DNA from: Alphaproteobacteria bacterium
GTDB lineage: Bacteria; Pseudomonadota; Alphaproteobacteria; SHVZ01
Reading direction: 5' to 3'
NCBI GenBank assembly: GCA_044223515.1
Contig: JBGALV010000012.1
Coordinates: 368-64,367, forward strand
Length of the DNA: 64,000 nucleotides
Below the pieces are notes generated by a model. It searched no databases. It saw only the letters and a list, made by a program, of their open reading frames with translations, and had not been told where the DNA came from. Made by a program: the position numbers and the translations under genes. Shown piece after piece: positions 1 through 9,667 of this stretch; the first letter of the stretch is position 1, and every line of letters starts with the position of its first letter.

Positions 1-1320
1 CCGACCCTGAACGCGGTGACCTCGACCGTCTGGCCGCGCGCCGAGAAGGAGGCGAAGGCGGCCGAGCGCATGGTCATGAGCGGCGACTACCTGGGCCCGC
101 TCCACGGGCTGCCGCTCGGCGTGAAGGACCTCGACGATGCCGAGGGCATGCCCACCACGTCCGGCTCGCCAATCTTCGCCAAGAACTACCCGAAGCAGGA
201 CGGCATCATGGTCGCCTCCTGCCGGCGGGCGGGCGCCATCGTCGTCGGCAAGACCAACGTCCCCGAGTTCGGCGCCGGCGCCAACACCAACAACCCGGTC
301 TGGGGCCCGACCGGCAACCCGTTCGATCCGAAGCGGATCTGCGGCGGCTCCTCCGGCGGCTCGGCGGTCGCGCTTGCGACCTCGATGCTGCCGCTCTGCA
401 CGGGCTCAGACACCGGCGGCAGCTTGCGCATCCCGGCCGCGTTCTGCGGCGTCGTCGGCGTGCGCGGGTCGCCCGGCCTGGTGCCGTCGGAACGCCGCGG
501 CCTCGGCTGGACGCCGCTCTCGGTGCTGGGGCCGATGGGCCGCACCACGGCCGACGCCTCCCTGATGCTGTCGGCGATCGCGGTCTACGACAGCATGGAC
601 CCGTTCTCGACGCCGAACGATTCCCACTTCGCCGAGCTCAGGCCCGTCGACCTTGCGCAGCTGCGCGTCGCGGTCACCGAGGATTTCGGCTTCTGCCCCG
701 TCGACACGCGCATCCGGAAGACGTTCCGCGACCGCGTGAAGCGCTTCCGCTCGGTCTTCGCCAAGTGCGACGTGGCGACGCCCGACATGGGCGAGGCCGA
801 CCGCGCCTTCGAGATCCTGCGCGCCGTCAGCTTCCTCGCCGGGTTCAAGGACCACTACGAGAAGCGCCGCCACCATCTCGGTCCCAACCTGATCGCCAAC
901 TACGAGGAAGGGCTCCGCTACTCCGCATCCGACGTCGCCTGGGCGCATGCCGAGCAGACCCGCATCTTCCGCCGCGTGCAGGACTTCCATAAGGACTACG
1001 ACCTGATCCTGTCGCCGACGGTCTCGGTGCCGCCGTTCCCCTGGACCCAGCTCTATGCCGACAAGATCAACGGCAAGCCGACGCGCACCTATTTCCACTG
1101 GCTCGCGCTGACCTACGCGATGACCTTGACCGGCCATCCCTCGACCTCGATCCCCTGCGGCAAGGAGCCGACCGGCACGCCGTTCGGGCTCATGGTCACC
1201 GGTCCGCACCGCTCCGACCGCTTCACGCTCGAATGCGCGCATGCGCTCGAGCAGGTGTTCGCCGGCGATCCCGAGCTTCGCCGGCCGATCCCCGACATCA
1301 AGAAGCTGAGCCGCAGGTAG
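1..1320 (+). CDS. Amidase (amidase-signature, Ser-cisSer-Lys family; GatA-like), 5' truncated by window edge
   Basis: Open frame from nt 1, no upstream stop. Gly/Ser-rich signature GGSSGGSAVALA..GSDTGGSLRIPA. Confidence 0.85.
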   Translation, partial: PTLNAVTSTVWPRAEKEAKAAERMVMSGDYLGPLHGLPLGVKDLDDAEGMPTTSGSPIFAKNYPKQDGIMVASCRRAGAIVVGKTNVPEFGAGANTNNPVWGPTGNPFDPKRICGGSSGGSAVALATSMLPLCTGSDTGGSLRIPAAFCGVVGVRGSPGLVPSERRGLGWTPLSVLGPMGRTTADASLMLSAIAVYDSMDPFSTPNDSHFAELRPVDLAQLRVAVTEDFGFCPVDTRIRKTFRDRVKRFRSVFAKCDVATPDMGEADRAFEILRAVSFLAGFKDHYEKRRHHLGPNLIANYEEGLRYSASDVAWAHAEQTRIFRRVQDFHKDYDLILSPTVSVPPFPWTQLYADKINGKPTRTYFHWLALTYAMTLTGHPSTSIPCGKEPTGTPFGLMVTGPHRSDRFTLECAHALEQVFAGDPELRRPIPDIKKLSRR

Positions 1321-1324
1321 CGCG

Positions 1325-1735
1325 ATGGCGGCGCCGCATCCTTACGAGAACGTCAGCGTCCTCGTGATCGAGGACATGACGAGCGTGCGCAAGCTGATCA
1401 AGAACATGCTGCTGCAGCTCGGCATCCGCGGGATCCACGAAGCCGCCGACGGCAAGTCGGGCCTCGACGAGACGGTCCGCACCTGCCCGACCGTGGTGCT
1501 CTGCGACGTGCACATGGAGCCGGTCGACGGGCTTCAGTACCTGAAGCTGCTGCGCGGCCACCCGACGCGCATGGTCGCGATGACGCCCGTCATCATGCTG
1601 ACCAGCGACGGCAACAAGGAAACCGTCATGATGGCGAAGGAGCACCACGCCAACGGCTACCTGGTGAAGCCGGTGTCGCTGAATCACCTGAAATCCAGGA
1701 TCGACGCCGTGCTGAAGGGGTCCGCCCCCGGTTAA
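1325..1735 (+). CDS. Single-domain response regulator (CheY-like receiver only)
   Basis: Receiver domain with phospho-Asp (LCDVHME), conserved T (MLTSDG) and K (LVKP). No output domain. Starts 5 nt after the amidase stop. Confidence 0.85.
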   Translation: MAAPHPYENVSVLVIEDMTSVRKLIKNMLLQLGIRGIHEAADGKSGLDETVRTCPTVVLCDVHMEPVDGLQYLKLLRGHPTRMVAMTPVIMLTSDGNKETVMMAKEHHANGYLVKPVSLNHLKSRIDAVLKGSAPG

Positions 1736-1817
1736 CCATATAAAGCAATCATTTAGAAGCGTTCCGCGCAGTTTTAGGAAAATACCTATTATCGTCCCTG
1801 CGGCGTAATATCGCGCC

Positions 1818-4800
1818 ATGGGGTTGCGTCGCTGGATCACCGCCGAGCCGACCAGGATCGTGGTCGGGGCCTTCGCCGTCGTGCTGCTCGCCTCTGCCGG
1901 GGTGATCGGCCTGGTGGTCGAGCGCGACTATCGCGAGGCGCTGGCGCTGCGCCAGGAATCGGTCGAGAACGCCAAGAGCCAGCTCGAGATCAAGGTCCGC
2001 CGGGTAGAGGACCTGGTGACCCTGCTCCGGAGCCACGCCGAGGGCTTCCTTCGCGACCGCGCCTCGACCTCGGCGATCGCCACCGACGCCCGCGTGCTCC
2101 GTTGGCTCGCCGATCCCGTCGACGGCCTCCACAGCTTCGACCGCATCCCCGTCGAGGAACGCGGCCGCGAGTCCGGCAACCTGCTCGCCTTCGAGGACGA
2201 CCGCGCCAAGGCCGGCGGGTTCCAGCGCACGGGCTCCTCCGACATCGCCACGGACGCCGAGATCGCGATCGACCTGATGCGTCCGATCCGCACCGTGCAC
2301 GAGCGCAACAACTACGTCGGCTCGATCTACTTCATCACGCCGCGCGGCGTCGCCTACGCCTATCCATGGCGATCCTCGGCAATGTTCGACGAGGGCTTCT
2401 TCCTCAACGATTTCTTCCAGTACGGCGTACCGACGATGAATCCGTCGCGCGCGGCGTTCTGGACGCCCGCCTACAAGAGCGACACCAGCCTTTCCCACGT
2501 CGTCGTCCGCGGCGCGCCGGTCTACGACGGCGCCCGCTTCGCCGGCGTGGTCGCGATGGAGGTGGCCGTCGCCGACCTCCAGTCCTTCCTGCGCACGAAC
2601 GAGAGCGAAGGGCGGATGATGCTGGTCGACGGCCGCCGGCGGGTGCTGGCGGAGTCGGACACCACCGGCGTCGAGATGCCCGGCCTGACCCAGCGCCTGC
2701 CCGAGAACCTGCACGGGGCGGTTCTCGGCGCGATCTCGCTGCGCCGCTTCGGGCAGATCGTCGATGATGCCTTCGTCGTCACCTACCGCACCTTCGACGG
2801 CGCGCCGTGGATGCTGGTCGAGCTCATGCCGGTCCAGGCGATCCGCGCCGAAGTCGCCCGTTTCTACACGCTGCCGGCGGCCGTCTATTTCAGCGTGCTG
2901 GTCGGGCTCTTCGTCCTCACCTATGTCGTCGTCGGCCGCACCTTCCGGCAGGTGCAGAAGGCGAACGAGGACCTGAGCGTCGCCTACTTCACGCTCGAGA
3001 ACGCCACCGACGGCATCGTCTGGATCGACCGCGACGGCATCATCATCGAGGCCAACCGCATGGCCGCCGCGATCGCCGGGTACGCGCCCGGCGCGCTCCA
3101 CGGCCGCCATGCCGCGGAGCTGATACCGGCGCTGTCGCGCGAGCATTACGCCCGGCTCTGGCAGGCGGTCGTCGACGGCAAGCGCGAGACGCCGCTGGAA
3201 CGCGAGCTGCTTCGCTGCGACGGCACGACGGTCCCGATCGAATCCACCGCCAAGTACATCAAGACCGGCGAGCATGAGTTCGCCTGCAACTTCATCCGCG
3301 ACATCACGCGCCGCAAGCAGCACGACGACGAGCTGCGCGCCGCCAAGGAAGCCGCCGAGGACGCGACCAAGGCGAAGTCGTCCTTCCTTGCGATGATGAG
3401 CCACGAGATCCGCACGCCGATGAACGGCGTCATGAGCATGGCCGAGATGCTCGAGCAGACGAAGCTCTCATCCGACCAGCGCTCGATGAGCCAGGTGATC
3501 CGCGGATCGGCGCGGGCGCTGCTGACCATCATCAACGACATCCTCGACTTCTCGAAGATCGAGGCCGGCAAGCTCGACATCGAGACGGTCGAGTTCTCGC
3601 TGCTCGACGTGGTCGAGGTCGCGGGCGAGCTGGTCGCCGGACGCGCCGACGAGAAGGGCCTCGCCTTCGTCGTCGACCTCGACCCGCGCATCCCCGACCG
3701 CCTCATCGGCGATCCGACGCGGCTCCGCCAGATCCTGCTCAACCTGACGGGCAACGCGGTCAAGTTCACCGAGGCCGGCGGCGTGACGCTGAAGGTCGAG
3801 CGTCTTAACTCGATCGAGGGCGCCGAGCGGCTCCGCTTCGAGGTCGTCGACACCGGCATCGGCCTCACCAGCGAGCAATGCGGCCGGCTGTTCCAGGCCT
3901 TCGCCCAGGCCGACACCTCGACCTCGCGCAAATATGGCGGCACCGGGCTCGGCCTTTCGATCTGCAAGCGACTCGTCGACATGATGGGCGGCCGGATCGG
4001 CGTCGACTCCGTGCCGGGCGAAGGCTCGACCTTCTGGCTCGAGCTGCCGTTCCCGGTGGTGACGCCGGCCCTGGACCGGCCGGACCCGCCGATCGACGAC
4101 GCGCGCGTGGCCGCGCTCGGCTTCGAGGGATCGCAGCGGCGCGCGCTCGGACGGCTTCTCGCCGCGGCCGGGATCGAGGCAACCTTCGCCGGGCTCGACG
4201 AAGTGCCGGACGAGAGCGATCTCGTCCTGCTCGCCGCAACGTCGGATCGCGAGGCGGCGCTGGCGATCGGCCGCGCGCTCTCCGGCCAGGGCCGCAAGGC
4301 GGTGCTCGCGGCACCCCGCGCGATGGCCTCCACGCTCGCCGAGGCGGATCGGGCCGGCCTGTTCTCGACGATGACATTGCCGATCCGCCGGAAGCGGCTC
4401 TGGCTCACGATCGCGGCCGCGCTCGGCCGCGCCGACCTCGACGACGCCGGCGCCGAGGCCGGATCGGAAGAGACCGGGTTCGCGCCGCCTTCGGTCGAGG
4501 AGGCGCGGGCCGCCGGCGTGCTGGTCCTCGTCGCCGAGGACAACGCCACCAACCGCATCGTGGTCTCGCGCCTGCTCGGCCAGCGCGGATACGCGCACGA
4601 GCTGGCGGAGGACGGCCGCGAGGCGCTGGCGCGCTACGAGGCCGCCCCGGGCTACGGGTTGCTGCTGACCGACTTCCACATGCCGGAGATGGACGGCTTC
4701 GAGCTGACCGCGGCGATCCGCCGGCACGAGTCCGACGGGCGCATGCGACTGCCGATCGTGGCGCTGACGGCCGATGCGCTGCCCGGCACGGAACAGCGTT

Positions 4801-5306
4801 GCCTCGATTCCGGCATGGACGGATACCTCACCAAGCCGATCGATTCCGCGCGTCTCACCGCGACGCTGGCGAAGTTCCTTCCCGGAGCGAAGGCGCTCCG
4901 CCGCCGCGCGGACGACGAGGCGACGCCCGATGCGCCATCCACGCCCGCGGTGCCGGCGATCGATCCGCAGATACTCGACCTCGCCCGCATCGCCGAGACC
5001 TTCGGCGCGATCGACGCCGACGCCCGTGCCTTTCTCGGCAACTTCACCGGCGAGGCGCAGCGCATGGTCGCCGACGCGACGGCGGCGCTCGATGCGGGCG
5101 ATGCGAAGAAGGCACGCCACCATGTCCATGCGCTGAAGGGAGCCGCGCGCTCGACCGGCGCCACGCGCCTCGGCCAGCTCGCCTCCGACATCCAGGACTG
5201 CCTCGACGGCGACGACCTCGACTCCGCCCGTCTCTTCGCTGGCGGCCTCAAGAAGACCGCCGACGAGCTTGCCGATGCCGTCGCCTCCCTCCTCGAACCA
5301 GCATGA
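1818..5306 (+). CDS. Hybrid sensor histidine kinase (TM-periplasmic Cache-like domain-TM-PAS-HisKA-HATPase_c-pseudo-receiver-receiver-Hpt)
   Basis: H-box HEIRTPMNGV, G-boxes DTGIGL/GGTGLGLSI, receiver VLVAEDNATN..DFHMPEMDG..KP, C-terminal Hpt HHVHALKGAARSTG. Two hydrophobic segments bracket a ~300-aa periplasmic domain. Confidence 0.9.
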   Translation: MGLRRWITAEPTRIVVGAFAVVLLASAGVIGLVVERDYREALALRQESVENAKSQLEIKVRRVEDLVTLLRSHAEGFLRDRASTSAIATDARVLRWLADPVDGLHSFDRIPVEERGRESGNLLAFEDDRAKAGGFQRTGSSDIATDAEIAIDLMRPIRTVHERNNYVGSIYFITPRGVAYAYPWRSSAMFDEGFFLNDFFQYGVPTMNPSRAAFWTPAYKSDTSLSHVVVRGAPVYDGARFAGVVAMEVAVADLQSFLRTNESEGRMMLVDGRRRVLAESDTTGVEMPGLTQRLPENLHGAVLGAISLRRFGQIVDDAFVVTYRTFDGAPWMLVELMPVQAIRAEVARFYTLPAAVYFSVLVGLFVLTYVVVGRTFRQVQKANEDLSVAYFTLENATDGIVWIDRDGIIIEANRMAAAIAGYAPGALHGRHAAELIPALSREHYARLWQAVVDGKRETPLERELLRCDGTTVPIESTAKYIKTGEHEFACNFIRDITRRKQHDDELRAAKEAAEDATKAKSSFLAMMSHEIRTPMNGVMSMAEMLEQTKLSSDQRSMSQVIRGSARALLTIINDILDFSKIEAGKLDIETVEFSLLDVVEVAGELVAGRADEKGLAFVVDLDPRIPDRLIGDPTRLRQILLNLTGNAVKFTEAGGVTLKVERLNSIEGAERLRFEVVDTGIGLTSEQCGRLFQAFAQADTSTSRKYGGTGLGLSICKRLVDMMGGRIGVDSVPGEGSTFWLELPFPVVTPALDRPDPPIDDARVAALGFEGSQRRALGRLLAAAGIEATFAGLDEVPDESDLVLLAATSDREAALAIGRALSGQGRKAVLAAPRAMASTLAEADRAGLFSTMTLPIRRKRLWLTIAAALGRADLDDAGAEAGSEETGFAPPSVEEARAAGVLVLVAEDNATNRIVVSRLLGQRGYAHELAEDGREALARYEAAPGYGLLLTDFHMPEMDGFELTAAIRRHESDGRMRLPIVALTADALPGTEQRCLDSGMDGYLTKPIDSARLTATLAKFLPGAKALRRRADDEATPDAPSTPAVPAIDPQILDLARIAETFGAIDADARAFLGNFTGEAQRMVADATAALDAGDAKKARHHVHALKGAARSTGATRLGQLASDIQDCLDGDDLDSARLFAGGLKKTADELADAVASLLEPA

Positions 5307-5319
5307 ATGGCTTGTCTCC

Positions 5320-5721
5320 ATGAACGACAGGAACAACCCCTATGCCGGCGTCACCGTCCTCGTGATCGAGGATGAAGGCAACACGCGGCTCCTGATCAAG
5401 CGCCTGCTGCTTCAGATCGGCATCATCTCGGTGGTCGAGGCCGCGGACGGCAAGGCCGGCCTCGACGAGGCGATGCGGACTCGGCCCACGATCATCCTCT
5501 GCGACGTGCACATGGAGCCGGTCGACGGCCGCGCCTTCCTGAAGACGCTTCGCGGTCTCAAGGTGCGGGACCTCGCGAATACGCCCGTCATCTTCCTCAC
5601 CGCCGACGCCCAGACGGACACCGTGCTGTTCGCCAAGGAGCACAACGTCAACGGCTACCTGGTGAAACCGGTCTCGCTGACCCAGCTGAAGACCAGGGTG
5701 GACGCTATTCTGAAGCGCTGA
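5320..5721 (+). CDS. Single-domain response regulator, paralog of 1325..1735
   Basis: ~60% identical to the upstream receiver and same length (LCDVHMEPVDG, NGYLVKPVSL). In-frame ATG at 5320 chosen over ORF-track start 5269, which overlaps the kinase stop. Confidence 0.85.
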   Translation: MNDRNNPYAGVTVLVIEDEGNTRLLIKRLLLQIGIISVVEAADGKAGLDEAMRTRPTIILCDVHMEPVDGRAFLKTLRGLKVRDLANTPVIFLTADAQTDTVLFAKEHNVNGYLVKPVSLTQLKTRVDAILKR

Positions 5722-5762
5722 AGCCCTCCCTCGCGCGCGCAAAAAATGGTATCAGCGCGCCC

Positions 5763-6899
5763 ATGAACACCGCCGATTTCATCATCATCGGTGCCGGCAT
5801 CGCCGGCGCCTCCGCCGCCTACGAGCTCGCCAGCGACTCCAAGGTGATCGTCCTCGAACGCGAGTCCCAGCCGGGCTACCACACCACCGGCCGCTCGGCC
5901 GCGCTCTATACCGAGGTCTACGGCAACCGCGCGATCCGCGCGATCACCAGCGCGAGCCGCGCCTTCTTCGAGGCGCCGCCCGCGGGCTTCACCGAGCATC
6001 CGCTGCTAACGCCGCGCGGCACGCTGCTGATCGGGCGCGACGACCAAGAAGCCTCGCTCGCGATGGCGCTCGAGGAAGGCACGCGCACCGTCGACTCCGT
6101 CTCGATGATCAGCGCCAGCGACGTCGCGATGAAGGTGCCGTTCCTCAAGCCCGGATATGCCAAGGGCGCGGTCTGGGAGCCGGACGCCCGCGACATGGAC
6201 GTGCATGCGATCCACCAGGGCTTCCTGAAGGGCCTTCGCGCACGCGGCGGCAAGGTGATCACCGATGCCGAGGTTCTGGGCCTCTCGTCCTCGGGCGGCG
6301 ACTGGACGATCGAGACTCGCGCCGGCTCGTTCCGCGCCCCGGTCGTGATCAACGCCGCCGGCGCCTGGGCCGACGTGGTCGCGAAGATGGCCGGCGCCAG
6401 GATCGTCGGCCTGGTGCCCAAGCGGCGCACCGCCTTTACCTTCGACGTGCCCCAGGGCACGCATGTGGAGAAGGTGCCGGCGGTCATCGACGTCGACGAG
6501 ACCTGGTACATCAAGCCCGAGTCCGGCCGACTTCTCGGCAGCCCCGCGGACGAGACGCCGTCGGAGCCCTGCGACGCGCAGCCGGAAGAGCTGGATCTCG
6601 CGATCGCGATCGACCGCATCGAGCAGGCGATCGCCTTCGGCATCGGCCGGCTTCATTCGAAATGGGCGGGCCTCCGCTCCTTCGTCGCCGACAAGACGAT
6701 GGTCGCGGGCTTCGCGAAGAAGACACCGGGCTTCTTCTGGCTCGCGGGCCAGGGCGGCTACGGCATCCAGACCTGCCCCGGCATGGCGCGGATCGCGGCC
6801 GAGCTCGCGCGCGGACGGCCGTTCCCGCAGGAGGTCGCCGATCGCGGCGTCGATGCGTCCGACCTCTCGCCGGATCGGCTGAGCCTCGAGGTCGCCTAG
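5763..6899 (+). CDS. FAD-dependent oxidoreductase (DAO family, glycine/D-amino-acid oxidase-like)
   Basis: N-terminal dinucleotide fold DFIIIGAGIAGASAAYEL; 378 aa. Confidence 0.85.
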   Translation: MNTADFIIIGAGIAGASAAYELASDSKVIVLERESQPGYHTTGRSAALYTEVYGNRAIRAITSASRAFFEAPPAGFTEHPLLTPRGTLLIGRDDQEASLAMALEEGTRTVDSVSMISASDVAMKVPFLKPGYAKGAVWEPDARDMDVHAIHQGFLKGLRARGGKVITDAEVLGLSSSGGDWTIETRAGSFRAPVVINAAGAWADVVAKMAGARIVGLVPKRRTAFTFDVPQGTHVEKVPAVIDVDETWYIKPESGRLLGSPADETPSEPCDAQPEELDLAIAIDRIEQAIAFGIGRLHSKWAGLRSFVADKTMVAGFAKKTPGFFWLAGQGGYGIQTCPGMARIAAELARGRPFPQEVADRGVDASDLSPDRLSLEVA

Positions 6900-7307
6900 A
6901 TGTCGGCCGGGATGGACAACCGCGACATCGACAATCCCACGCTCGATCCCGAGCTCCGGAAGATCGACGACCTGTTCGTCCGCAGCTACTACGGCAAGGA
7001 CCTCGAGACGCTGTGGTCGAAGATCTTCGACCCGGGCTTCGTGTTCATGGACGGATCGGATGGTCGCAAGGTCGAGCGCGCGGAGTTCGACCGCGGCTGC
7101 CTGAGCCAGCCGCCGTACCGCAACCTCGTGCACGACCAGGTCTCGACGCGCATCGAAGGCGACACCGCGGTCGTCACCGCGCGCAATCGCTACGAACGCC
7201 AGATCGACGGCAAGTGGGTCGCGTTCAATACGCGGTATGTCGACGTGTTCAGGCGCGTCGGCGGCGAGTGGCGGTGCTTCTTCGCGACGGTCTACAAGGT
7301 CGCCTGA
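6900..7307 (+). CDS. SnoaL-like / DUF4440 (NTF2-fold) hypothetical protein
   Basis: ATG immediately follows the oxidoreductase TAG (coupled). NTF2-like length and pattern. Confidence 0.55.
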   Translation: MSAGMDNRDIDNPTLDPELRKIDDLFVRSYYGKDLETLWSKIFDPGFVFMDGSDGRKVERAEFDRGCLSQPPYRNLVHDQVSTRIEGDTAVVTARNRYERQIDGKWVAFNTRYVDVFRRVGGEWRCFFATVYKVA

Positions 7308-7331
7308 CGGCGACGCGGCGCGTCGACGAGA

Positions 7332-7595
7332 TCAGCCCCCGGTGGACACCGGGGTCGCTGTCGTCGTCTGCGACTGCACGTCAACGCCGGGTAGGACGCG
7401 GCGGATGGCGTCGGGAAGGTTGGTAACCGCGGGCGGGGCCGTCAGCTCCGGCGGCGGCGGCATGTCGCCGGCCTTGGGGGCCAGCAGGAACCCGACCGCG
7501 ACCGGACTCGCCAGGATCGCCACCAGAAGGACGCGAAGGGCCAGGCGGCCGAAGCGGCCGCCGATATCGTCGGATCGTTGCGCCAAGTCCGTCAT
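7332..7595 (-). CDS. Hypothetical small membrane protein
   Basis: Short ORF with one hydrophobic helix (LALRVLLVAILASPVAVGFLL), convergent with the previous gene. Weak support. Confidence 0.25.
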   Translation of the reverse strand: MTDLAQRSDDIGGRFGRLALRVLLVAILASPVAVGFLLAPKAGDMPPPPELTAPPAVTNLPDAIRRVLPGVDVQSQTTTATPVSTGG

Positions 7596-8020
7596 TCTCG
7601 GCCTTGCCCTCCCCATTGGGCGCCGGTCCCGGAATGTGTCTCGCTCCCGCCGTTCTTCATACTCGGGCCGCGCTTCCGGTCAAGATGCTCGCCGACGCTT
7701 TTCGCTTAGCTCAAAAGCATCAATATTTCTATGAGGTTATAGCCCCATTGTCATCTATTGCGTGAGAATAAGGAAAAATAGTGAATAAACACAAATGGTT
7801 AATAAGCACAACTAGGGCGATGCATTCACTGCTGCAGGCTGACGGCGCAGGATTCCGATTCGCTGCAACCGCGAAGATCCGCGACCCGGCGCGGCGATTT
7901 TCCGAAACAGCGGAGCGCGGCGTGCCGTTCCGCTGCGCCGGCGAAGGTCTGGCGCAGTGCAGCATCGGCTTGTAGGGTGCCCGGCGCCTCTCGCCTGGGG
8001 CCCATTCACCCGGACAGATC

Positions 8021-8536
8021 ATGGACCTGAAAGCCCATATCCGCGGCATCCCCGACTTCCCGAAGCCGGGCATTCTCTTCTACGACATCTCGACCCTGCT
8101 GAAGCATCCGGAGGCCTGGCGCGAGACCGTCGACCGCATGGCGGAGATCATCGGGCCGCATAAGCCGGATCTTCTGGCCGGCATCGAATCCCGCGGCTTC
8201 CTTCTGACCGCGCCGCTCGCCCTCAAGCTCGGCTGCGGCTTCGTCATGGTGCGGAAGAAAGGCAAGCTTCCGGGCAAGACGCGGAGCTTCGACTACAAGC
8301 TCGAATACGGCACCGACACGGTCGAGGTCCAGGCCGACGCGGTGAGTCCCGGCCAGCGCGTGGTCGTTCTCGACGACCTGCTGGCGACCGGCGGCACACT
8401 CGGCGCCGCGATCGGGCTGATCCGCGACATGGGCGGCGTCGTTCCGGCCGCGGCCTGCATCATCGAGCTCACCTTCCTCAACGGCAGGAAGCGTCTCGAC
8501 GTGCCGTTCTCCGCGCTCGTCGCCTACGACAGCTGA
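8021..8536 (+). CDS. apt: Adenine phosphoribosyltransferase
   Basis: PRPP-binding motif [16 protein letters not shown]. Full-length Apt-like N-terminus ([23 protein letters not shown]). Confidence 0.95.
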   Translation: MDLKAHIRGIPDFPKPGILFYDISTLLKHPEAWRETVDRMAEIIGPHKPDLLAGIESRGFLLTAPLALKLGCGFVMVRKKGKLPGKTRSFDYKLEYGTDTVEVQADAVSPGQRVVVLDDLLATGGTLGAAIGLIRDMGGVVPAAACIIELTFLNGRKRLDVPFSALVAYDS

Positions 8537-8655
8537 TCGATCGGAACATTTGATTGGCCAGGTGATACGGCGATAACCTTGTCGGTAATCCCGCGACGGC
8601 GGCCCACCCGCGCCGCGCGGTCATCACCCGACCCATGATCCCCCATGGAGGCACT

Positions 8656-9636
8656 ATGACCCGCTCGTTGATCGTCGCAGCAGCGCTCGCCGCTCTTGCC
8701 GCCGCCTCGCCCGCGTCCGCACAGGACAAGGTGACCAAGGCCACGAACTGGAAAGCCCAGGCCGAGCACGGCGGCTACTACCAGGCCGTCGCCAACGGCA
8801 CCTATGCGAAGTACGGCCTCGACGTGACCATCCGTCAGGGCGGGCCGAACATCGACAACAACCTTCTGATGCTCGCCGGCCGCATCGACTTCAACATGGG
8901 CGGCAACTCCGACAGCGTCTTCGCTTTCGCGGAGAAGAACATCCCGTTCCGCGCCGTCGCCGCGATCTTCCAGAAGGATCCGCAGATCCTGATGTCGCAT
9001 CCCGGCGTCGGCAACGACAGCCTGGCCGCGCTCAAGGGCAAGAAGGTCCTGATCTCGAAGGCGGGCCTGGTCAGCTTCTATCCGCATCTGAAGAAGATGT
9101 TCGGCTTCACCGACGACATGGTGGTGCCCTACACCTTCAACATGGCGCCGTTCCTCGCCGACAAGCAGATCAGCCAGCAGGGCTACGCGACGTCCGAGCC
9201 CTTCGCCGCGATCAAGGCCGGCGTGACCCCGGTCGTGCACCTGCTCGCCGACAACGGCTATCGCGCCTACTCGACGACGATCGAGGTCAGCCAGAAGCTG
9301 ATCGACGAGAAGCCGGACCTGGTCCAGCGCTTCGTCGACGCCTCGATCCTCGGATGGAAGGACTATCTCTACGGCAATCCGGCGCCGGGCAATGCCCTCA
9401 TCAAGAAGGACAACCCGGACATGACCGACGAGCAGATCGCGTTCTCGATCGAGGCGATGAAGAAGTACGGCATCGTCGATTCCGGCGACGCGAAGGAGCT
9501 CGGCATCGGCGCGATGACCGACAAGCGCTGGAAGGAAGCCTTCGACGACGCCCAGGCTCTCGGCGTCTACGCGCCCGGCACGGACTACACCAAGGCCTAC
9601 ACGACCAGGTTCGTGAACAAGAAGGTGGGGATGTAG
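8656..9636 (+). CDS. ABC transporter substrate-binding protein (NMT1/THI5-like; nitrate/sulfonate/taurine NitT/TauT family)
   Basis: Signal peptide MTRSLIVAAALAALAAASPASA. GGAGG RBS 7 nt upstream of ATG 8656 (ORF-track start 8635 trimmed). First of an SBP-ATPase-permease operon. Confidence 0.85.
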   Translation: MTRSLIVAAALAALAAASPASAQDKVTKATNWKAQAEHGGYYQAVANGTYAKYGLDVTIRQGGPNIDNNLLMLAGRIDFNMGGNSDSVFAFAEKNIPFRAVAAIFQKDPQILMSHPGVGNDSLAALKGKKVLISKAGLVSFYPHLKKMFGFTDDMVVPYTFNMAPFLADKQISQQGYATSEPFAAIKAGVTPVVHLLADNGYRAYSTTIEVSQKLIDEKPDLVQRFVDASILGWKDYLYGNPAPGNALIKKDNPDMTDEQIAFSIEAMKKYGIVDSGDAKELGIGAMTDKRWKEAFDDAQALGVYAPGTDYTKAYTTRFVNKKVGM

Positions 9637-9667
9637 TCGCCTCGGCGACTCCTCCCCGCTCGTCCCG

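Noticed and set aside
406-5336. Long antisense/alternate-frame ORFs over the amidase and hybrid kinase (406..1242 -, 1749..3404 -, 3146..4558 -, 3468..5336 -, 3878..5323 +)
   Set aside because: They are Arg/Ala/Pro-rich translations typical of GC-rich antisense frames, and they fully overlap strongly supported domain-bearing genes.
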